From: a virus | Lineage: Duplodnaviria > Caudoviricetes | Length of the DNA: 64,000 nt | Reading direction: 5' to 3' (one strand) | IMG/VR virus record: IMGVR_UViG_3300035501_000578 | Coordinates: 32,001 to 96,000 of that record | Shown: positions 40,771-49,091 of the stretch, piece by piece | How positions within the stretch are numbered: position 1 is the stretch's first letter | Layout: each line of letters opens with the position of its first letter | Notes under the pieces: model-generated | What the model saw: the letters and a program-made list of their open reading frames with translations, nothing else | Told to the model about the DNA's origin: nothing | The model's database searches: none | Position numbers and translations under genes: made by a program

Positions 40771-41354
40771 AATATCTCCTTCTTTCCATAAAAATAAGAG
40801 GGTAGTATACCCTCTACACATGTGTTTCATAGGCTTGTCGCCAAATATATTATTTTATATTGCAGGACGGCTTGCAACCAGTACAAGACGCTATTCACTA
40901 TACGTCAATTCGTACCTTTAACCTGCTAATGTCCTTAAAAGAGGACGTAGTTTTATTAACAAAATATACACCCTAACAGCACTCCTCTTGAATTACCAAT
41001 TGGTCTGTCACCCGTAGGTTCATGGATTCTGGTTTGGTATATGTTACTATAATCCATTTTTCGCTTGTTAAAATTAAGATTCTATCTAATCAATTAGTTC
41101 ATCATACGAAATAATTCCAATGCTATTAAGGTAATCTGTTTCTAATTCAAGAATATCAATAATTGTTTGGTCATCATAATCAGAATTTTCATGAATATAT
41201 TTTACAATCTCATCAAAATCTACACATGTAGTTTTGTTGCTTTCGTTCATTTATTCCCTCCGTTTAATCCAATGGTATGTGATATGTCGATTCACGACCA
41301 TCTTTTAAATTAAAAATCATCAGTGTTTGTCCAGATTTAGAATATAATCGCTTT

Positions 41355-42104
41355 TCATTTGTGATCTTTATATTTAAAAATATAGCCCTTATGATATTTT
41401 ATTTTTCCCTTACAGCACTTAATTACTGAAGAACCATCAAAACCTTCGTTTTCTGTTTGGGTTGCACTGTCCCATGTTTTTACATATTCACCATTTAAAG
41501 TGTATTGTAAAATTTTTCGAGGTTGTGTATTTTGGTTTAAATAATCATTAATATTAAATCCTTTGTTATAATCATCAACACTAATCCATATAAAATTTTT
41601 ATATGTTTTTCTACTTTTATTAACACACGTCCAAATTACAGATTGTCCTATATTTAACTTTTTAGATGCTTCCCTTGCACCATATTGCCATGTATTCACA
41701 ATATTACCATCGAAATCTATCTGATAAATAGGAATTGATTTGTGCGCTTCTCTAAATATTTGACGTCCTTCTTCTGAAAGATTTTTAACACCTTCTCCAC
41801 CAATCGTGAGATTATAACCTTGTTTATTATCAGTATAAATATATGAGTTATAATAACTTATGTAATATATTTCTTTATTATCAAGTTCATTTTCTAAACA
41901 TTCTTCAACTATATAAAACTTAAAATTATTTTCTCCATATTTATTCCATGCATTTTGTAGATACTTATTATAATGAGAATTATTATTTAGTTTGAATTTA
42001 TGACTATACCATCTTGTATATATATCCTTACTTTGACCTATATATTTTTTACTATTTACTAAATTTTCAATGCAATAAATTCCACATATTTTTTCTTTCG
42101 CCAT
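41355..42104 (-). CDS. Free-standing GIY-YIG homing endonuclease
   Basis: GIYCI...KYIGQS; NUMOD1 repeats. Confidence 0.88.
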   Translation of the reverse strand: MAKEKICGIYCIENLVNSKKYIGQSKDIYTRWYSHKFKLNNNSHYNKYLQNAWNKYGENNFKFYIVEECLENELDNKEIYYISYYNSYIYTDNKQGYNLTIGGEGVKNLSEEGRQIFREAHKSIPIYQIDFDGNIVNTWQYGAREASKKLNIGQSVIWTCVNKSRKTYKNFIWISVDDYNKGFNINDYLNQNTQPRKILQYTLNGEYVKTWDSATQTENEGFDGSSVIKCCKGKIKYHKGYIFKYKDHK

Positions 42105-42197
42105 TAATCATCCCTTCTTTATTTTCAATAAAAGAAGAGATGGATTTAATGCTGTCTCACGACATGTACCATCTCTAAAATAGAATTTTATTAAATT

Positions 42198-43418
42198 TTA
42201 ATCTAATTCAATTGGATAACAGCATTTAATACCTTTATCATTCACAACCAATACGGTTTGCGAAGGCTTACCAGTAAGTCTCTTTTGACGAGTATATTCA
42301 TCACCAGAGCCGCAAAGACATCCAGATTGAATGATTTTAATACCTGACACATCCTCCATTGCAGGATAATGTTTATGACCGCATAAAATACAATATGGTG
42401 TCATTTTTGCCCATAAACATAATTTAGCAATAGATGTATCAGATGTAGAATCGAAATCTCCATGAATAGCAAAATACAACTTTTCTCTCACTAAAAATGT
42501 TGATAATGTATCATCAATTGATTCATCAATAACAGTGATATTTTTTGCGTTTTTAAGCATAGATTTAATAAACCATATAATAAGAGTATCCAAACGTTCA
42601 CCTAATAAAGCGTCCTCTTTCTCATCTAAACGACTATGGTTTCCAGATACACCTCTAAGTTCTACAGTATTGAAACATTTTCCTAATTCATATACAAAAT
42701 CAGAAATATATTCGCAAGCCAGTTTGACTTGTTCAATGACATTTTCTTTATTTGTTACGGAGATTACTTTGTGTATAGATCCTGATATGAGATCTCCTAA
42801 AAGAACACAAACGCAATTTTCTGCTTTATGAGTTTTTTGGATTTCAATAATTTCAGATAAATATTGATTTAAACGTTCTTTTGCAATTTCTGAATCATAA
42901 ACACCATTAAAATTATAATATGCAGCACCAATATGTAAATCTGATAAACAAACAATCATGTCGTTTTTGCTATAGGAAACGAGTGGCGTATAAGATAAAT
43001 ATCTATTATCAGAAATATCAGATAACATATTTTCTAATTTTTCAACAGTTGTTTCAAGACGAGATTCTTCACGTAATCTACGATTTATGTCAAGCCTTTC
43101 ATCAAAAAGTTTTCTTTTTTCTTTCTGAATTTCTTGTTTTTCTAATCTTAATTTTTGAAAATATTCATCATCTTTATCATCAGTTTTTTTCTGGCTTTCT
43201 TTCCACTTATAATATTCAGATACAAAAGAACCGCCAGTAATAAACTGACTACTCTTGCGTAGAGTATCATAGTGAATATTTAAATCATATTTTTCTACAA
43301 GTTCATTCCATTCTACATCTGTTATTTTTTGAACCTTATCAGAGCAGTCTTTTAATAGCTGTTCATAAGTTTCTGGTGTTAATCCATATTTTGCTAATTC
43401 TTCTTCAAAATTATACAA
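42198..43418 (-). CDS. Calcineurin-like metallophosphoesterase
   Basis: SDLH, GD, GNH, HGD and GHKH motifs. Confidence 0.85.
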   Translation of the reverse strand: MYNFEEELAKYGLTPETYEQLLKDCSDKVQKITDVEWNELVEKYDLNIHYDTLRKSSQFITGGSFVSEYYKWKESQKKTDDKDDEYFQKLRLEKQEIQKEKRKLFDERLDINRRLREESRLETTVEKLENMLSDISDNRYLSYTPLVSYSKNDMIVCLSDLHIGAAYYNFNGVYDSEIAKERLNQYLSEIIEIQKTHKAENCVCVLLGDLISGSIHKVISVTNKENVIEQVKLACEYISDFVYELGKCFNTVELRGVSGNHSRLDEKEDALLGERLDTLIIWFIKSMLKNAKNITVIDESIDDTLSTFLVREKLYFAIHGDFDSTSDTSIAKLCLWAKMTPYCILCGHKHYPAMEDVSGIKIIQSGCLCGSGDEYTRQKRLTGKPSQTVLVVNDKGIKCCYPIELD

Positions 43419-43433
43419 TTAAACACCAACTCT

Positions 43434-43637
43434 CTATTCTTCATCGTCAGGTATTTCAAAGGTAAGTTTGAAATTGACAGTAGTAATCCCATCTGGAATT
43501 TCTGCGACCACTTCATCAGTTATATCTTCACCGGTATCAGTATCTACTAGCTTTAGATTTTCAACTGAAATGTTCTTTAAATCTAATACCTTCTTCTTTG
43601 GTGTTGTCTTTGATTCTGTAATTTTCTTCTTAAACAT
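43434..43637 (-). CDS. Small acidic protein (SPbeta YonK-like position)
   Basis: Size and synteny with the phosphoesterase. Confidence 0.5.
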   Translation of the reverse strand: MFKKKITESKTTPKKKVLDLKNISVENLKLVDTDTGEDITDEVVAEIPDGITTVNFKLTFEIPDDEE

Positions 43638-43765
43638 ATATTGTTTTCTCCTTTTAATCCTTACTTTTTTATATATTTGAGTAAATATCGGTAAAAATGA
43701 TAGTTTTACCGATATTTACTCAAATTAGAATAGAGTAGGATAGCACCTACTCTAAAAGATATTTA

Positions 43766-44395
43766 TTATAAAATTTCATCTACTAATCCTTTTTCTAGCA
43801 TCTCATCAGAATCCATATAAGCCTCATATCTTTCGATAGCAGCATAATCTTCATCTGTTAAATTTGTATGAGATACTATGAAATCAGCAATTCTCTTTTC
43901 AAACTTTTCATTAAATTTAAAATAATCCTTAACTTGTGAGCTGGTTCCAGAAACAAATGAGGAGCCTCCGTGTATAAGAGCAGTACTAAATGGATAGCAA
44001 TATCTTTTTACATTTGGATTATTCTTTCCACTCATAAGTATAATTGAACCCATACTATACGCATACCCTAATGTAATTATATCTGTTGGTGATTTTAGAC
44101 GTTCAATGATATTGCATAGAGCAAGACCATCATACACAGAACCCCCATTTGTGTTTATATAAATAGTAATTTTTTCATTACTACCATCATTATCCATTTG
44201 TAAAAGTGGCATAGCAACTTTATCAATAGTAAGTTCACTAATTACATCATTGATAAGAATTATTCTATTCTTTAATAAATTTTCATATTGATTGTTTATA
44301 ATATCTGTATCTTCAAGAATAACTTGTTCGGCATCTAATTTTTCTGCAAGTTCAACATATTCTTTATCAGATAATTCCATATTCCTCTTATTCAT
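43766..44395 (-). CDS. ClpP-like protease subunit
   Basis: IYINTNGGSV, AYSMGS, LIH, and GLVDEI motifs. Confidence 0.85.
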   Translation of the reverse strand: MNKRNMELSDKEYVELAEKLDAEQVILEDTDIINNQYENLLKNRIILINDVISELTIDKVAMPLLQMDNDGSNEKITIYINTNGGSVYDGLALCNIIERLKSPTDIITLGYAYSMGSIILMSGKNNPNVKRYCYPFSTALIHGGSSFVSGTSSQVKDYFKFNEKFEKRIADFIVSHTNLTDEDYAAIERYEAYMDSDEMLEKGLVDEIL

Positions 44396-44439
44396 ACGAG
44401 TTTTTACCTCGTGCTTTCTAAATATTTCTCACAATGAGA

Positions 44440-45462
44440 TTAAATTACTTCTTTATAAATCCTATATTTATCCATATTTTTTTCATCAATAATATTTTTA
44501 TTACTCATATCATAACGAAATTCTTGAAATAATTTTAATTCAGCATTTTTTCTTGTTTCAATTGCTTCTTCAATAGTATTAAATAATCCTAGACGTGCAG
44601 TTTTCCCTTCGATTTGTATAGAGGCTAACCATTTATTATTTTCTTTCCTTACACCTACATAACCTGTCGAAGACATATATGAATAATCTTTATTATATGC
44701 ATTTTGACTAGACGTGGCTCTACGTAAATTGGTTTTCCGGCAATCATATCTTATAAGATTCTTATGATCAATTTCAATATCCTCTCTATCTTTTATATCC
44801 ATAACAATTCTATGCATACGAATTATTTTAGTAGTATATTTATCATTATCAAGACTATGAGCTATAACATATCTACCGTCATACCACCAAGAATACTTTT
44901 TGATTTTGTCATAATCTTCTTTATCAAAGAAAAAATACGTTCCATTGCTACAATAACCTATTCCAAAATCATAATTATCTAAATCATACGTATTATATTT
45001 TTTAGCAATTTCATATCTACTATCGTCATATAAACATCCACATGAACGTACACCGTTAGGAGTAATTAAATTATATCTGCTGTAATAACAAATATTTCCG
45101 CAATCACACAAACATTCCCATAAATATGCTCCGTTGTCACATGCTCTAACACTTTTCATGTTAGTTTTCCTTAATACAACTAACCTACCAAATTTTAAAT
45201 CAGTGATATCTTCTGGATAACTATTATGTGTATTTCTTGCTTTTATTTTTGCAGATTTAGAATTTCTAGCACATCCACATGATTTTGTATAACCCCGTTT
45301 TCTTGTCAGACTTGTCGATTGGATTGATTTTCTTCCACCACAATCACAATCACACCACCAATAAACTTTCCCATCACCGCTACGTTCTTCATCTACACAA
45401 TCAACTACTAAACTACCAAATCTTTTTCCACTTAAATCTTTCCTCATTAATGCTTTCGCCAT
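44440..45462 (-). CDS. HNH-AP2 homing endonuclease
   Basis: GKRFG.L...W.C.CDCG...SCGC repeats; MHR...IDH...NLR...N; AP2-like C-terminus. Confidence 0.85.
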   Translation of the reverse strand: MAKALMRKDLSGKRFGSLVVDCVDEERSGDGKVYWWCDCDCGGRKSIQSTSLTRKRGYTKSCGCARNSKSAKIKARNTHNSYPEDITDLKFGRLVVLRKTNMKSVRACDNGAYLWECLCDCGNICYYSRYNLITPNGVRSCGCLYDDSRYEIAKKYNTYDLDNYDFGIGYCSNGTYFFFDKEDYDKIKKYSWWYDGRYVIAHSLDNDKYTTKIIRMHRIVMDIKDREDIEIDHKNLIRYDCRKTNLRRATSSQNAYNKDYSYMSSTGYVGVRKENNKWLASIQIEGKTARLGLFNTIEEAIETRKNAELKLFQEFRYDMSNKNIIDEKNMDKYRIYKEVI

Positions 45463-45502
45463 AATATTTGTCCTTTCTTGCCCTTTTTTACAATAAAAAA
45501 GA

Positions 45503-45670
45503 CTAATGTTTTTCAACACTAGCCATATCATTCTTAAATTTTTCTGTTTCTTCAAAAACAAAAATAGTTTTATTATTATTCTTTTTATCTGGTTTTATAT
45601 CATAAATTGGATTTCCTAATTTTAAAAGATATCTTGCTACACCAGCAGTAAATATTGATTTATATGTCAC
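45503..45670 (-). CDS. 55-aa DUF5659-like protein
   Basis: Read manually with a GTG start: MTYKSIFTAGVARYLLKLGNPIYDIKPDKKNNNKTIFVFEET... Confidence 0.6.
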   Translation of the reverse strand: MTYKSIFTAGVARYLLKLGNPIYDIKPDKKNNNKTIFVFEETEKFKNDMASVEKH

Positions 45671-45671
45671 T

Positions 45672-46925
45672 TTACATACCCTCTGCCACTTGACTTATTT
45701 TACTTCTGTAAATATTCTGCAATTCAACTTCACCATAGAAATCTTGTCCTCTAAACACTTCAGACATTCTACGCATACCGTTATTATTCCCTGCATATTG
45801 ATTAAGATCAACTTGTGCAGAATAATCTCCATCAATAATACAAATTGAATCATCACCAATTCTTTGTAATGCTAATTTCATAAGTGAAATATCCATATTT
45901 TGTGCTTCAGTAATATAAATACCTGCATTCATTCCGCTTGTATCAAAACCTCTAATATCTGACATAGGAAGTAATTGAATTTTCCCTTGTGATATCATTT
46001 GTTCTAATGCAAATGAATCTCCAAGCTTTGAAGAAAGCATATTTCCAATTGCTGAATCAAGCAACTTTTCATCTTTGGTTCCAGGATAATATCCGAGTTT
46101 CGCTGAATTTGCGGTTGCAATTGTATTGCAAAATACTATAATTTTGTCTATTTTTCGTTTCTCTAACAACCACATCAAATATCCAACTGCTAAATAACTT
46201 TTACCAGTTCCAGCAGAACCTTTGATCATAGTTAATTGATTATTAGATAAGCTATTTAATACCATTTGTTGATAGATATCTCCATTATAAGGTTTAACTG
46301 AACCAAAATAGTTTGATTTAATGATTGGAAATTTTACATTTTGATATTCATATCCATTCCATCTAAATTTATCAATTATTTTTCCCATTGTATCTTTTAA
46401 TACCAGATATTCATTTACCAATAAATCATAAGTATTTTCTGTTAGATGTTCATAAAAATAAGCCATATCTTTTTCTGTCAAAGAAATATCCTCAAACCCT
46501 TTATATTCATCATCAGAATTATTTCCAACTGATTCAACATCCAACATAAAAATTTTTTCAGCAATAACCTTACAAGAAATATCATTAGTAATAAATACTA
46601 AATTTTCATCTTGTTCAAACAAATTTCTAATAAATGCGGCAGATGCTACAATTTTGCTATCAGGCGTAATTTCAATATTTTTTAAATTAATATATTCCTC
46701 AATAGTATTCGTATAAACTATTACATCATATTTATCAGAGTTCTCATCTAATAAATGTAAAATCTTCCTTGCATTATATTTTGTTTCTTCGTCTTTTCTA
46801 TTCGATGTTTTTATAGACTCCAATTCTTGTAATGTTATGGAAGATATAACAAATTTATTTTCAAATATTTTATTTTGTAATTTTAAAATGGCGTTTGTAT
46901 CATAAAAATAAACTTTTTTACTCAA
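45672..46925 (-). CDS. PIN-PhoH protein (PhoH2/YlaK-like)
   Basis: PIN motifs YDTN...ELE...D..I...TND; PhoH motifs GSAGTGKS, IRG, EAQN, GD..Q.D. Confidence 0.88.
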   Translation of the reverse strand: MSKKVYFYDTNAILKLQNKIFENKFVISSITLQELESIKTSNRKDEETKYNARKILHLLDENSDKYDVIVYTNTIEEYINLKNIEITPDSKIVASAAFIRNLFEQDENLVFITNDISCKVIAEKIFMLDVESVGNNSDDEYKGFEDISLTEKDMAYFYEHLTENTYDLLVNEYLVLKDTMGKIIDKFRWNGYEYQNVKFPIIKSNYFGSVKPYNGDIYQQMVLNSLSNNQLTMIKGSAGTGKSYLAVGYLMWLLEKRKIDKIIVFCNTIATANSAKLGYYPGTKDEKLLDSAIGNMLSSKLGDSFALEQMISQGKIQLLPMSDIRGFDTSGMNAGIYITEAQNMDISLMKLALQRIGDDSICIIDGDYSAQVDLNQYAGNNNGMRRMSEVFRGQDFYGEVELQNIYRSKISQVAEGM

Positions 46926-47263
46926 CCGGCGTTACCGCCTTTCTTTATTATTTTTAGTAACTGTGAACTATTACTTTATTGTTTCTAGTAAGTCCACATA
47001 CTCATCTTGAATATAACGTTTCCGAGCAGAACTTTTTGTGCGATAGAATCCTACTTCGTATCCGTTTTTATTCACATAACCACGATTGGTATTACGAATA
47101 ATTCCATTCGCTAATAATTTCTCAACGTCTTGTTTAGAAATATACTTGATTTTAATTCACTTCACTTTCCTTGAATTTCCTATAATGAAAAAGAAACATA
47201 TTTTCAATGTCTCTTTAAAGGTGATTCCGTCTTTTAATAATCAACACCTTCGTTGATATGTAT

Positions 47264-47335
47264 TGCTACGCAACAGAGTTGAACTGTTTTGATCAAATTA
47301 ATGGGACTTGATGAGATATCCGACCTCCCGCCAGC
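47264..47335 (-). pseudogene. Degenerate tRNA-like element (CAT in loop)
   Basis: D-arm GAG...CTC; ATCAAG/TTTGAT arm; T-arm AACAG-TTCAACT-CTGTT. Confidence 0.45.
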
Positions 47336-47988
47336 TACAATATAATTTATTTACAGAAGAACAAATGACGATGCCTTCAGAACGAAAACACCGCCACCTG
47401 TATAAGATATGTTTAAAATAATTTTTAATTATCAGGTATCTATAAGAAAACTGAATTCCTTTCATAACTCCAACCAATTTCTATTGTTCAAAAAAATATA
47501 TTTTATATAACCAAAATGATAGTTATATAATTTATAATTTCTTCCATTTTTCTTCTAAGCTGGCATAGCAGCAATGTCTTATTTCTTCTCATTTTAAGAA
47601 CACAAACCCTTATATAGGGATCATCTTAAATATAATTAACTGAATACGAATAACGAAACGATTAAAGTATTAACAAAATATCATATTCATGAATTTTCAA
47701 AATTACAAAATTATGAAATAGCAAATCACAATACGCTTTGCGACTCTATTACTTTGTTATTTGATTTATAAAATCAAATTCCTCTTTTACAAAAAAATTT
47801 ATAATATGTAAAGTAAATGTTGTTTACTTAGCCTTCATATTCTATATTGATATATTAGTATTATATAGTTAATACAAAACTTTGCAGCGTTATAGTTCAT
47901 CTGCAACTGAACCGGTTGACAATTATAATTCTTATTCAGTTCCCTTATACATACCTGATAATTGTATGGGGAAGGGAGAGTAATAGTG

Positions 47989-48603
47989 TTAAGCTACTAC
48001 TACATCCTCGAATTTATCAGTTACGTCATAAGTTGGTTCAAAATCAACAATAGTATTGATTTCAATAGCATCTAGTTTAGTCGATACTTCATCACATTCC
48101 TTAGATAACTTCTTGATCAATCCCTTTACATCATTACGATTAAAGTCGATAGAAGTCTTTTCGGTAACATTGTAATAATACTTAATCTGATTACCATCCT
48201 GCAAATTGAACTTATAGTCAGAACCTTGTTTCTGTTTTTCGGAAGGCTTAATATTAGCAATAGAATTCAATACAAATATAAACTGTTGCTTTTTCTTATT
48301 CAGTGCAATTGCATTATCTATATTGATTTCTGTACCAGATTTTGCTTTTGCAATAGCATCTGCAAGAGATTCCTTTTCTCTAATTACCTTTACAACAAAA
48401 TTAATAACATCATTTGGTGTAAAGTCAACATCATATGGTTTCTGTGCAACAATCACTTCATCAGGTGCTTCGCTATTTGCTTTTGAGCGTAAGTGTTCCT
48501 CTGTTATAGTTGTTACGAAACCCTTGCTCCCAAGATATATATAAGCTGTTTTTAATAAATCATCAAGATAGTTAGCGTAACGGTATGATTCCTTTAAATT
48601 CAT
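47989..48603 (-). CDS. Helical hypothetical protein (DIP1984/DUF6847-like)
   Basis: MNLKE start, coiled-coil hairpins, LDAIEINT C-terminus. Confidence 0.5.
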   Translation of the reverse strand: MNLKESYRYANYLDDLLKTAYIYLGSKGFVTTITEEHLRSKANSEAPDEVIVAQKPYDVDFTPNDVINFVVKVIREKESLADAIAKAKSGTEINIDNAIALNKKKQQFIFVLNSIANIKPSEKQKQGSDYKFNLQDGNQIKYYYNVTEKTSIDFNRNDVKGLIKKLSKECDEVSTKLDAIEINTIVDFEPTYDVTDKFEDVVVA

Positions 48604-48632
48604 TGTTTATTTTTCTCCTTTAAATCCTTTAT

Positions 48633-48953
48633 TTATTTCAATTTATTATGATTATTTCTAATTTCTTGCCTAAAATAATCACTAAAATTTGCGTTCAAAC
48701 TTAATACGTAGTCTAATTTTGATATATTCAAATTAGACCTTGATTGTTCTGGTGGTATATATCTTGAAGTTACCTTTAGTCCAGGAAATAATTTTATTTC
48801 AACATATTCATCACTATCACTAAATTTATCCTTTACCACATCTCTTAATGAATCCAAAACTTTTGTAATATCATTAAATGAACAATCAGTTCTATTATGT
48901 ATTTCTGAAATAACTTTTTTTTGATTATAATATTTTTTCTTTTTTTCTTGTAT
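48633..48953 (-). CDS. Second, divergent HU-like protein (probable ATA start)
   Basis: Frame extends upstream: YYNQKKVISEIHNRTDCSFNDITKVLDSLRDVV...IKLFPGL; RBS GAGGAGGT 6 nt before ATA. Confidence 0.6.
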   Translation of the reverse strand: MQEKKKKYYNQKKVISEIHNRTDCSFNDITKVLDSLRDVVKDKFSDSDEYVEIKLFPGLKVTSRYIPPEQSRSNLNISKLDYVLSLNANFSDYFRQEIRNNHNKLK

Positions 48954-49091
48954 TGTAATACCTCCTCTGATACAATCATCTAATAGAAAATTTTACAATA
49001 GAGTAGGGTAGTAGTCATTAAATAATAAGATAAAAACTACCCTCTCCTATGTAAAATAAAAATCACTTTCATACGAATGGTAAAATAAAGA

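Noticed and set aside
30728-47335. Functional tRNA genes
   Set aside because: Anticodon or D arms cannot be folded canonically, so they are listed as degenerate elements.
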